From contig CAWBZI010000004.1 in assembly GCA_963793265.1 (NCBI GenBank), forward strand, positions 702,901 through 766,900: a stretch of 64,000 nt of DNA. Direction: 5' to 3'. The stretch comes from an uncultured cyanobacterium. GTDB taxonomy: Bacteria; Cyanobacteriota; Cyanobacteriia; Phormidesmidales; Phormidesmidaceae. Made by a program: the position numbers and the translations under genes. The notes under the pieces were generated by a model that was not told the origin of the DNA, made no database searches, and was given only the letters and a program-made list of their open reading frames with translations. Positions 20,442 to 29,702 of the stretch are shown piece after piece. Within the stretch, counting starts at the first letter, position 1, and every line of letters begins with the position of its first letter.

Positions 20442-21017
20442 CTAGAGACTATTACGAGGAACATCGAAGGCTTGCTCGTATATTTGTATGTCGTACCTAT
20501 AGCGCGACTGAATTCTAAGCTTGAGATCTTCTGAAAACAGCTGAGAAGCTCTGGGCATTCCACCGAGAGCCCTTAGTTCATAAGGATACATGTTCCAGAA
20601 CTCAAAATCAGTATCAAATTGTCTGTATTGGGTCACATGGCTAGAAACCTTTTTTCTTACACGGATACTGAGAGAGTCTTCTAGATGACTCACAACGCTG
20701 TCTATCGCCTCGAACTGACCGGTAAAATCGAACGGAACCGAGGCAATGAAGTTGTGCTGAGGCCGCCAGTGGTCGTTCAGCTCGCGGTCAGGCGTCCTGA
20801 CTAAGTAATCTATAAACTGACTAAAGGTAATCGACTTTTCAACATCTACTTCTAATCCTAAAGCAGCCTGTACGTTGGCAATAACATCGCTAGCAAAAGC
20901 TTCTGGGACAACGTGTTTAGCAAACTTGTCCAAATAGCCGCTGACAAGCCTCCGAAAAGGATTTCTGAGTACTACGAACTTAAAGTACTCAGGCGAACTA
21001 AGACAGTCGAGCAAGTA
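20442..21017 (-). pseudogene. Orphan 3' half of a sulfotransferase (second, diverged copy; lacks 5'-PSB loop)
   Basis: In frame directly after the TAA of the upstream gene; repeats its last 143 codons and supplies the C-terminus it lacks. Confidence 0.75.
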
Positions 21018-21449
21018 TTACATGTTCCAGAACTCAAAATCAGTATTGAATTGTCTGTATTGAGTGATATGACTAGAAACTCTTTTTCTAATACTGATGT
21101 TTAAAGTGTCTTCTAGATCACTAATAACACTATCCATTGCTTCAAACTGCCCGATAAAATCAAATGGAACGGCGGCTATAAAGTTGTGCTGAGGCCGCCA
21201 GTGGTCGTTCAACTCATGATCGGGCGTTCTGACTAAGTAGTTTACAAACTGGCTAAAGGTGATTGATTTTTTAATATCTGGCTCTATTGCTAGTGCGGTT
21301 TGTACGTTGGCAATGACTTCTCTAACAAAAGGTTCTGGCATAACGTGCTTAGCAAATTTGTCAAGATATCCACTGACGAGTCTACAGAAAGGATTTCTAA
21401 GAACAACGAATTTGAAGTAGTCAGATGAACTCAAACACTTGAGTAAATG
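20589..21449 (-). repeat. Diverged tandem duplication, 2 x 429 bp (21021-21449 and 20589-21017), separated by TAA
   Basis: Gap-free manual alignment, 112/143 aa identical by hand count; many synonymous changes. Confidence 0.92.
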
Positions 21450-22307
21450 ACGAGCGCTGGTATTGGGTATTTTCTGGTTGAGGAAGGTATGAATGTTTTG
21501 TGGTGAAGTATCGAACTCTTGTTTGAGCGGACTGTTATCTACGAGCATACGTTTAAACAAAGTGCAGGCGTTTTTAGGGATGCTGCAATAGACCGTTTTT
21601 AGTTCTTCGTTGATAAAATAGTAGCCAGCAGGATTTACCGGAGATTTGTGGGTGTCTAAAAAGCCTAGCGTTACTAACCGCCTGGCAAATAGGGCATTTT
21701 GGGGATCTTGATATTCTGAGTTTTTCCAGAGCGACTGCATTTTTTGTTTATAAGCAGTTTCTGATAGTTCAAGCAATACTGAGAGCACCTGATGCATCTG
21801 GTTATAGCTGCTGTATCGGTCTTGAATATACATTGCTCGGATGTAGCTGGCCGCTGATTCCAATGGGTCACTATCTGGATTTTGATGTATTATGCTTGCT
21901 AGCTTTTGATATACCCAAGCAGGCTGAGGCTCAATCGCAATTGCCTTCCGGTAGCTAGCAATGCTCTCAGAAAGAAGTCCCTTTTGTTCTAAAGCAAGGC
22001 CCAATAAGGTGTAGGCTTTAGAACTATTTGGCTCGAGCGCGAGGGCTTTTTTATAGCAGGCGATCGCATCGTCTACGCTCCCCTGTTTCACTAGCAGAGG
22101 CCCCAAGGCTAAATATATCCAAACATGCTCTATGGGTTGAACTTTAATCGCGGCTTTGTAGGCGGCGATCGCTTCCTCCCACTGCGACTGTTCAACGCAG
22201 CTTTTCGCTTGCTCTACATATTGCTGAAAATTATTAGCAGTATTGTCTGACAAGGGGCTTTCTAGTTCTGTATTCGAGCTAAATAAGGACTGACGAATAT
22301 TGGACAT
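21018..22307 (-). CDS. TPR + sulfotransferase (Sulfotransfer_2), C-terminally truncated
   Basis: TPRs; YCSIPKNACT, LRNPFCRLVSGY, DHWRPQ; stops at FWNM* where the second copy continues FWNMYPY. Confidence 0.85.
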   Translation of the reverse strand: MSNIRQSLFSSNTELESPLSDNTANNFQQYVEQAKSCVEQSQWEEAIAAYKAAIKVQPIEHVWIYLALGPLLVKQGSVDDAIACYKKALALEPNSSKAYTLLGLALEQKGLLSESIASYRKAIAIEPQPAWVYQKLASIIHQNPDSDPLESAASYIRAMYIQDRYSSYNQMHQVLSVLLELSETAYKQKMQSLWKNSEYQDPQNALFARRLVTLGFLDTHKSPVNPAGYYFINEELKTVYCSIPKNACTLFKRMLVDNSPLKQEFDTSPQNIHTFLNQKIPNTSARHLLKCLSSSDYFKFVVLRNPFCRLVSGYLDKFAKHVMPEPFVREVIANVQTALAIEPDIKKSITFSQFVNYLVRTPDHELNDHWRPQHNFIAAVPFDFIGQFEAMDSVISDLEDTLNISIRKRVSSHITQYRQFNTDFEFWNM

Positions 22308-22356
22308 TTTCAGGAATATCTAGATAGTAGTTTAAAAATAATATTTAGCAGGTACA

Positions 22357-23130
22357 TCAAACAGACAGTTCCAGCCAGGGATGCAGCTTCATCATCTCTT
22401 GATGAAGCCGTTCAATGTTGCCTCGCTGGTTGCTAATACTGCGAAGCATAGACGTTTTGTGCGTGCGGTATCGCGCCAAAATCTCCGGCACGGGCACTCC
22501 ATAAAAATCTTGATCAATAAACTTACACCACAGCTCGTAGTCCTCCCACCCCAGTTTGCCAACGGCGGACAGCTCCGAATAGCCCCCCACGTCTATGAGC
22601 GCCTGCTTTCTAATCAGGCTCATCGCGTCAATGCAGTTCTTTTTCTTAAACCTGTCACGGTTCCATACCACATTGCCAATCAGCGCCTGCTCTTCGCCAA
22701 ATTTTTCGATAATAGGGTAGCTAACTGACGCCTGCTCATCGGCTTCTAATGCCTCTAAGCAGCGCTCCACACAGCGAGGATAGAGTAAGTTGTCAGCATC
22801 TAGGATAAAAACATAGGGCGTTGTGCTCACGCTAATTGCAGTGTTACGCGCTGCTGAGAGCCCCTGATTCTGAGTGTGCTGTACTAAGTGAACCGCATTA
22901 AAACGCTGTGTGTTTTCCTTGAGCCAGCGTTCTGCTATTACTAGCGAGTTATCTGTGGACTGATCTTCTACAACAATTAGATCTAAGCCAAAGCAGGTTT
23001 GTTGATAAACAGATTTTAGCGTTTCGGCAATATAGGCTTGATAGTTGTACAGGCTGATGCAAACGGTAACCTGGCTAATCAGCGATCCTGACTGCGAAAA
23101 AACAAACCGATGCGGATGAACTTGGAGCAT
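22357..23130 (-). CDS. GT2 family glycosyltransferase
   Basis: VCISLYNY..EDQSTD..NQGLSAARN..LDADN..WEDYELW; start overlaps the upstream stop (TAATG). Confidence 0.92.
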   Translation of the reverse strand: MLQVHPHRFVFSQSGSLISQVTVCISLYNYQAYIAETLKSVYQQTCFGLDLIVVEDQSTDNSLVIAERWLKENTQRFNAVHLVQHTQNQGLSAARNTAISVSTTPYVFILDADNLLYPRCVERCLEALEADEQASVSYPIIEKFGEEQALIGNVVWNRDRFKKKNCIDAMSLIRKQALIDVGGYSELSAVGKLGWEDYELWCKFIDQDFYGVPVPEILARYRTHKTSMLRSISNQRGNIERLHQEMMKLHPWLELSV

Positions 23131-26100
23131 TATCTAGCTGCCTCCTGCTTTTGGTCATTCAATAGACTTTCGGCCAGGTGCAGCGCCTTCGCCATGACCT
23201 CAGCCCCATCAAACTTGGCCTTAAGCGTTTCATGCCCGGCCTGACGCACACGCTGCGCAGTGGCTTTTCCTGCCTCGCTACTGAGCAACCAGCTAATTTT
23301 TTCAGGCATTTCATCTAGCGGGCACTCGATAAAGTGTTCTCCTGCTGTGAGTCCAGGAATGTCGTGGCAGGGCTCTGTGACCACCAGCGTGTTTTGCCAG
23401 AGGCCGTGAAAGACGATGCGGTGCCATTCAAAGTAGGGCAGATCGTCGCGGTGAATGTTGAGTAAGATTTTGCTGCGACGGCTGAGGCCCACCACGGCGG
23501 CGGTGTCTAAAGCCTGATCCTGGCCTTTAAGCAGCGGTACGCCCATTTGAGGGATGTGTAGGAAGCTGCGGTACTGGCTGAGCCACGCGGCGCTTTGGGC
23601 GAAAAATGTCTCCCGGCGAGGGTTGAGGGTGCCGATGAAGTGAAGGTCAATCGGGCGATCGCACAGCGGTGCTTCTGGATCAGGGAGCTGCTGACTCACC
23701 TCAGGTGATAGGCTCCGCATAGCTAAGAGTTTCGGCAGTTCTGGGCTCGCGGCAAAAGGCACGTAGTCGGCCAGATAGCCCAGCGGTAGCCAGTAGGCCG
23801 GTAGCTTTAGCGCCTGCATAATCGCCACTGACTTGACGTTGATGTCAAAAATCACTTTGCTGTGCCGCATAAAGTGGAAGGCCTTTGAAAACCAGGTGGT
23901 TTGCGGCTGCTCTACGTTCACCATGACCGCCTGAGAAATCCACTCCTGCTTTTGCGTCCAGCTAATCCCCTCGCCTAAGTAAAAGAACTCGTGAGGGGCG
24001 ATGATCCAGTGACCGTCGAGATGACTGGGCGGCGTGTCGGTTTCGCTCAGGCGAATAACACTGTGTCCGGCCTGCGAAAGCGCATCGGCGATAAAGTCGG
24101 CAATTTCAGTGATGAAGTAGTTGCCGAGGGTGTTGCAGTAGACGCCAATATTTTGCGGGCGCGGCGCGACGGCTGGGCCTTGCCACAGGCGCAGATAGTC
24201 AGCCTCAGGTGGCGTGGGGTTGGTGAGTAAGTGAGAGAACTGTTCGGCAGAAAAAGCGGCTCGGCCTTCTTTAGCCCCGTAGGCTAAATAGTGCTCTAGC
24301 GGGTTGATGCCTGTAGCGGCAACGTCTTCGTGCGTTTTGCGGTAGAAGGCGGCGCTGAAGAAGGGGTGAGGATCGCTGTTGGACTGGTGCCCAGTGCGGT
24401 AGTAGTGGGCTAGTGAGTTGAGGTTCTGCTGGGCGATTTCTGGATGCTGAGCGCGATAGAAGGCTTCGTCAAAAAGCGGATTTGGGTTGAGCCCGGCGGC
24501 GCTGCCCTGCTGGATGTAATGGCGCAAAAGCGACTGATTGCTGGTGCCTGCTAGCGTTGGGTTAGCGGCGCGGTAGTAAACCGGATCGAAAAGGTGGGTT
24601 TGGTTGAGCAGGTTTGCGATCGCCTGCCAGTCTCCCTCTCCATCAGCTTCTCGCTCGGTGATCCCATCGCCCACTGCGGTATTTGAAAGCGCGCGATCCA
24701 ATAGCGCATGAGCCTGCTGCGGATCGCGATCGGCAAGCAGCTTAGAGAGCGTCAGGGCCAAATCGGAATGACCCGGCTGAATCTGAAGCGCCATTTGATA
24801 GGTCGCGATCGCCTCATCCGTTTTTCCCTGCACCAGCAGCTGCTCAGCGAGTGCCTGATAGTGCTCAATATGACGCGGCGACTTTTTTAATAGCTGCTGC
24901 AAAACGCCTGCTAGCCGAGGCGGCACCTGCTCATTATCAGGGGCGATCGCTAACACCTTTCGGTAGTTATGCGCTGCTGCTTCCCACTGCTCTAGCTGTT
25001 CTAAGGATTCAGCCAGGCTGTAATAAGACCACACAAAATCAGGGTTGAGCCTAATCGCCTGCCGATAGGCCACCACCGCGCTAAACCAGTCTTCTAGCTT
25101 TTTGTGACAGTCACCCAGGCTGTGATGCGACCAAGAAAAATCGGGTACGAGCGCGATCGCCTTTTGATAGGCCGTTGCGGCTGATTTCCACTGACCTTGC
25201 TGACGGAGTGTTTCACCGAGCTGATGCGCTATGGATGCCTCTTGCTGCGCGCTCGTTTTTTTTTGAGTAGCTTCTTTCGTCTGGCTCAGCGATTTTCTGG
25301 CATCTCTTTCCTTATCTTTACTGGGGTGCTGGCTCAGGTCTTTGTGTAAAGCTGCTTCACTGAGGCGCTGTCGCCGGGCGTAATACTGCTTCAACAGCAT
25401 ATCGGCAGCTTTGGCATCGCCTTTGTGGCGCAGCAGCCAAACCAGCTTTTTGTAAGCAGGCTGAAAATCAGACTGAAGTGCGATCACCTGGCGGTAGCAG
25501 TTAATAGCCGCCTCTACATTATTAAACTGAGCAAGGGTATCGCCTAGCTCCATACAGTGCTCTAGCGTCGGCCAGCTCGGCTCCAATACAAACGAACGGT
25601 ACCAGGCCACAGCGGCTTCCTGCTTTTGGCTGTTGCGATCAAAGGCTTTTGCTAAGTCGCGATAGAGGGCGGCTGACTGTGGCTGCTGCTGAATGGCCTG
25701 CTTTAGCGTGCGAATGGCGCTGGCCCAGTCTTGAGCCTGACGGTATTGCTCAGCGATAGTTGTCTTCGGGTGTGGATCGTGTTGAGCGGGGGCAACCGAG
25801 AACTGAGCTGCCGCGGGCTGAGAGACGCCGGGCCGGTGCATAGAAGCAGCAGGCGGTGAGGGTCTTCTGACTTGGGCCTGCGAGCTAGGCGCGGGCTGTA
25901 GCAGCTTCTTTTGAGAAGATGATTTGAGTAATTTGTGAATGCGGATCTGATCTTGTTTTGAGAGAGACTGAGCGGCGACGGGCAGCGCTTGAGTTTTGGT
26001 CTGCGTCTGCGCCTGAAGTGAAGTTTGAGTCTGCCCTGACGCCTGAATGGCGCGCGCAGTCTTGGCTCCGTTCGCACTAGCTCCGTTTGCACTGGCTCCG

Positions 26101-26807
26101 TTTGTCCTGGCCCCGTTTGCGCTGGCGGCGTTTAGCTCTAGTACTTTTCGATAGCAAACCGCTGCTGCTTGCCAGTCGTCCTGATCTTCTAATAGATCGG
26201 CTAATCGCTGATAGGCAGCGACGAAACTATCATCGCGCGCGATTGCCTGACGGTAAGCTGCGATCGCTGCCTCTATCTGCCCTTTTTCTTCTAAAAACTG
26301 GCCCATGCGGTAATGATCTTCACACTTTCCAGCTTCGGGCTGCAAACTAAGTGCTGTTGCTAGGCTCAGGGCTTCTTGCTCAGGCTGCTTCAGCTTTTTC
26401 CACACCTTTGCCAGGTTAAAGTGAGCGATCGCAAAACCAGGGTCTTTATCGATTGCTTTTTGGTAATAGGTAACGGCCTGATTCCAGTTTTGCTTACTGG
26501 CATGCAAACTTCCCAGGTTGCTATACACCTCAGGGAAATTAGGCTGTAGCGCCAACGCTTTAGCATAAAAGCCCATAGCGTCAGTCAGACTACCCTGACG
26601 CTGCATGATATTGCCTAACAGCTTGTAAATGTCAGCCGTGTCCGGTGCAATCTTCAGCGCTTCGTGGCAAGCCTTAACGGCCTTTTCCCACTGCTTTTCA
26701 TCGCAGTAAGCCTGAGCCTGTAATCGATATATCTCAATGACATCGTTCATAGCTTCCCTAGGCTGAACGGGCGTAGCGACTGTTATGCCAGTAGTTTTAT
26801 TCCTCAT
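23130..26807 (-). CDS. Multi-TPR protein + three FDxxFY/HY..G repeats + C-terminal glycosyltransferase (CgeB/Glyco_trans_1_2-like)
   Basis: Many TPRs; LFDPVYY/LFDEAFY/FFSAAFY repeats; IDLHFIGTLNPRRE..SKILLNIH..YFEWHRI..VVTEP. Start uncertain (26816/26807/26750). Confidence 0.85.
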   Translation of the reverse strand: MRNKTTGITVATPVQPREAMNDVIEIYRLQAQAYCDEKQWEKAVKACHEALKIAPDTADIYKLLGNIMQRQGSLTDAMGFYAKALALQPNFPEVYSNLGSLHASKQNWNQAVTYYQKAIDKDPGFAIAHFNLAKVWKKLKQPEQEALSLATALSLQPEAGKCEDHYRMGQFLEEKGQIEAAIAAYRQAIARDDSFVAAYQRLADLLEDQDDWQAAAVCYRKVLELNAASANGARTNGASANGASANGAKTARAIQASGQTQTSLQAQTQTKTQALPVAAQSLSKQDQIRIHKLLKSSSQKKLLQPAPSSQAQVRRPSPPAASMHRPGVSQPAAAQFSVAPAQHDPHPKTTIAEQYRQAQDWASAIRTLKQAIQQQPQSAALYRDLAKAFDRNSQKQEAAVAWYRSFVLEPSWPTLEHCMELGDTLAQFNNVEAAINCYRQVIALQSDFQPAYKKLVWLLRHKGDAKAADMLLKQYYARRQRLSEAALHKDLSQHPSKDKERDARKSLSQTKEATQKKTSAQQEASIAHQLGETLRQQGQWKSAATAYQKAIALVPDFSWSHHSLGDCHKKLEDWFSAVVAYRQAIRLNPDFVWSYYSLAESLEQLEQWEAAAHNYRKVLAIAPDNEQVPPRLAGVLQQLLKKSPRHIEHYQALAEQLLVQGKTDEAIATYQMALQIQPGHSDLALTLSKLLADRDPQQAHALLDRALSNTAVGDGITEREADGEGDWQAIANLLNQTHLFDPVYYRAANPTLAGTSNQSLLRHYIQQGSAAGLNPNPLFDEAFYRAQHPEIAQQNLNSLAHYYRTGHQSNSDPHPFFSAAFYRKTHEDVAATGINPLEHYLAYGAKEGRAAFSAEQFSHLLTNPTPPEADYLRLWQGPAVAPRPQNIGVYCNTLGNYFITEIADFIADALSQAGHSVIRLSETDTPPSHLDGHWIIAPHEFFYLGEGISWTQKQEWISQAVMVNVEQPQTTWFSKAFHFMRHSKVIFDINVKSVAIMQALKLPAYWLPLGYLADYVPFAASPELPKLLAMRSLSPEVSQQLPDPEAPLCDRPIDLHFIGTLNPRRETFFAQSAAWLSQYRSFLHIPQMGVPLLKGQDQALDTAAVVGLSRRSKILLNIHRDDLPYFEWHRIVFHGLWQNTLVVTEPCHDIPGLTAGEHFIECPLDEMPEKISWLLSSEAGKATAQRVRQAGHETLKAKFDGAEVMAKALHLAESLLNDQKQEAAR
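26064..26123 (-). repeat. Four 15-bp tandem repeats encoding SANGA/RTNGA linker
   Basis: + strand ggctccgttcgcact agctccgtttgcact ggctccgtttgtcct ggccccgtttgcgct. Confidence 0.8.
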
Positions 26808-26894
26808 CAAAAACAATACCTGTCGTCTACTTACCTGTTGTCTACTTTAAGTGCTGATGGCAAAGGGGCTAATAAAAGGCTCAGGACAAACAAC

Positions 26895-26936
26895 AAGTTA
26901 CAAATCATACCTGTTGCACTCTGTAGTCTTACGTAC
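26895..26936 (-). promoter_or_regulatory. Candidate NtcA-type promoter for the TPR-GT gene
   Basis: Minus strand GTA-CGTAAGAC-TAC, 22 nt, TAACTT. Confidence 0.4.
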
Positions 26937-27141
26937 GATTTAGGAACGCTTCCGCTCAAATTGGCTAGTTTTTGGGCATATCTGCTGTAGAAAATTTTTA
27001 ACCCTTACGAATCATGCCATAGGTACGGACTGCCCTTATGTAATTCATCTATCCAAAAGAGAATCTTGTTCAAAAACATACAAAACGCTAATAGGATATC
27101 CAACGGTCTGTCGCGACATACTGAAAAACTCATGAGACTAT

Positions 27142-28197
27142 TCAAAGAAACTGCTGACAGGCGATCGCTAGCTTTTTAGCCGCTCTGAGGTGCATTTCGG
27201 GCGAGGGATAGTAGCGGTTGTGCGTTAGCTCGGAGGTTGTGAGCTGAATTCTGTCTTCTGGATAGTCGCGATCGCGCACAATCGAAACAGGCTGCTGCGT
27301 ATGGCGGCTAATTAACGGCTGCGGCAGGCCCGGCGAGCCAATTTGCTCAACGTAAGCATCACAGTGCGATCGCAGTTCTTCGACCATAGGCCGGTTGATC
27401 AGGTGAGGAAAGCTTGAGAATAGCTCAAATAGGCTGTCGTATGATTCTTGGTAGTCGGGCGATCGCCTGGAAAACCACAGCAGCACTTTGGGCACCGTGA
27501 TTTTCTCTAGCAGATCAATAAACTCCCTCAGGTAGCGCGCTCTGGTTTCAGCGATCAAATCAACCACGGTTTGCCGGTCGCTATTGTCAAGCAGCCGCTG
27601 ATAGGCAAGATCGGCAGGGATCGTTTTCTGCTGGCCTGTGCCATCGTCGATGATATATCGCTCTTGAGAGTGGCTGGCAGTTTGAAAACGAGAGTTTGCC
27701 TGAGAACGGCCTGAGAAAACTGCAATGGTGACAAATTTGGAGCTGTTGATGAGATCTATTAGGGTGCGGTGGGTCGGATCGTTGTAGAAGGAAGGGCCAA
27801 CGCCCGAAAAGCCTAAATTAAGTGAGGGGATGCCCAGGGCCTTGCCAATGAGCTGCGGATAGGGATGAGGGGCAAACCGACCAAAAGTTGAAGCTGCACC
27901 GATAGAGGTGCAGTAGGTGCTAGGCGCTAGGCTGGCAGGGCGCGGGCCGCGAAGTGAAAAGCCGGTTTTAGGCGTCCATAGATGCCATAGCTGATAGTCA
28001 ATAATCTCGGCGTCTCGATTTTGATAGCCCTGCGCGCTGCCTCTGTCGCTGAGCGGTGGTTTTTTAAGAGACTTAGGGCCTGTTGGCTTATCTGTTGGCT
28101 GATTGGAGGGCTCAGTTGACGATACAGTTGGGTTCACGGTTGTTGTGTGCAGTTCTGCTGAAAAAAGGCTAGACGTGAACCTACATGTCCCAGTCAA
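27142..28197 (-). CDS. DUF6473-like protein
   Basis: LRGP..IGAASTFGRF..PYP..LNLGFSGVGP and C-terminal YYPSPEMH recognised from memory of this family; start uncertain. Confidence 0.65.
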   Translation of the reverse strand: MTGTCRFTSSLFSAELHTTTVNPTVSSTEPSNQPTDKPTGPKSLKKPPLSDRGSAQGYQNRDAEIIDYQLWHLWTPKTGFSLRGPRPASLAPSTYCTSIGAASTFGRFAPHPYPQLIGKALGIPSLNLGFSGVGPSFYNDPTHRTLIDLINSSKFVTIAVFSGRSQANSRFQTASHSQERYIIDDGTGQQKTIPADLAYQRLLDNSDRQTVVDLIAETRARYLREFIDLLEKITVPKVLLWFSRRSPDYQESYDSLFELFSSFPHLINRPMVEELRSHCDAYVEQIGSPGLPQPLISRHTQQPVSIVRDRDYPEDRIQLTTSELTHNRYYPSPEMHLRAAKKLAIACQQFL

Positions 28198-29683
28198 ACG
28201 ACTGTGCCAGTAGGTTTTCTAGTTTGCGAATGTGAGGCGCGAAAAAGTCGGCAAGCTGCTGGCGAATGTCGCTATCAATGGGCGGGTAGTCACCTGAGTT
28301 GTGCTTAGGATAGGTTTGGGCTGAGTGCTGGCTGAGCCCTAAAAATGAATAGAGCTGGGTGAGCGTTGATTCAGGCGTAGCAAACAAGTCTTCGCTGCGT
28401 AAAACTAGCAACTGCTCGCGCGCGAAGCAGGTAAGCCACCGCTTGAGGTGGTAGTAATAGAGGCCGTTGCCGAGATGGCGACAGCGATTGAGCACAGGCC
28501 AGGAAATATCGTCTGCGGTAGTCGCCTGCTGAATGAGGGCCATTTCTTCGGTAACGGCGGTTTCAAAGCTACGTTTTTCAGCGCCGTTACGCACCATCAT
28601 GCTGTAGCGACTAACCGCGCGATCAATTGGATGGCGCAGAATGACGGCTAGCTTAATATCACTAAAGTGTTGGGCGACTCTCTCGGGGGCGACATTGCTA
28701 TAGAGGTAGTTAGGAGAGGTTTCGCCCGTTATCCAGTTAGAGGGTGCCTTCTCTTTCTCTTGTTCCATTCCTGGCTTGGGCATAGCTGGAAAATGCGCCA
28801 GGTACCACTCAAGCCCCTGCTCATATTCCATATCGAAAAAGTCAATCTCTTTTTCAATCGGCGGCAGTACAGCAGGATGCTGACGTAGGTAGTGATAAAG
28901 CGAGGTCGTGCCGCATTTTTCCGCGCCAATGATCATAAAGTTGGGCGGACGGCGTTGAGCTGATTTTAACAGGGCCGACTGCTGGGGATGCGCGGCAAGC
29001 TGACGCTGCGTGAGGCGATAGTTTACCTGCTGATAGCATGCGATCGCCGCTTTTTTATCGCCCAGCTTAGTGAGCGCATAAGCTAGAGCCACTTGCGCAG
29101 GCAAAATGTCTGGATGTTGTTGAACCACCTGCTTAATAGCCGCTACGATTTCTTTCAAAATCGGATCGCCTGCCGGAACGTTGTAGCGCATGAGGTTGTA
29201 GCGCAGCCGGGTGTAGGCAGTAAACAGGCGTGGCTGCTGCTCAATAGCCTGAAGGTAGCGGCGCACTGCTCCGGTAGTATCGCCTTGGTGATGAAGCTGT
29301 TGAGCTTCGTGCGAGTACGTCTCACCTAGCCCGGTTTTGGCATCGTTAAGATCAGGGCTCAGGGCTAAAGCCTGCCTGTAAGCCTGAATAGCCAGTTCAG
29401 TTTGGCCCTGGCTTTTGTAAAGATCGCCTTTAGCCTGGTGCAGCGCAGCGGTGGTTTGAGCGACCGTAGTCTCGGTCGCGCTGCCTGCCTGCGAGGGTTG
29501 CCTGCCTGGCTGCTGATAGCCTTGATTTTGAGCGTTTTGATTTTGACCGCTCAACTGTTGTTTGCACTGCGCGATCGCCGCCTGACAGTTTGCAATCACC
29601 TTTGCCCAGTCTGCTTTATGACAGCTTGCCTGCGCCGCAGCCAAAGCCGTTTCGATCTCAGCCGCAGGCGAGTTCAAAGGCAT
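28181..29683 (-). CDS. TPR + sulfotransferase (heparan 3-O/N-sulfotransferase-like fold)
   Basis: PNFMIIGAEKCGTTSLY, KEIDFFD, GETSPNY, LRHPIDRAVSRY; ATG 29683. Confidence 0.9.
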   Translation of the reverse strand: MPLNSPAAEIETALAAAQASCHKADWAKVIANCQAAIAQCKQQLSGQNQNAQNQGYQQPGRQPSQAGSATETTVAQTTAALHQAKGDLYKSQGQTELAIQAYRQALALSPDLNDAKTGLGETYSHEAQQLHHQGDTTGAVRRYLQAIEQQPRLFTAYTRLRYNLMRYNVPAGDPILKEIVAAIKQVVQQHPDILPAQVALAYALTKLGDKKAAIACYQQVNYRLTQRQLAAHPQQSALLKSAQRRPPNFMIIGAEKCGTTSLYHYLRQHPAVLPPIEKEIDFFDMEYEQGLEWYLAHFPAMPKPGMEQEKEKAPSNWITGETSPNYLYSNVAPERVAQHFSDIKLAVILRHPIDRAVSRYSMMVRNGAEKRSFETAVTEEMALIQQATTADDISWPVLNRCRHLGNGLYYYHLKRWLTCFAREQLLVLRSEDLFATPESTLTQLYSFLGLSQHSAQTYPKHNSGDYPPIDSDIRQQLADFFAPHIRKLENLLAQSFDWDM

Positions 29684-29702
29684 CTGTGTCCGTAAGGATT
29701 CT

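Noticed and set aside
20589..21449. Diversity-generating retroelement TR/VR pair
   Set aside because: Differences are spread over all bases and are largely synonymous rather than adenine-specific; no reverse transcriptase in the window
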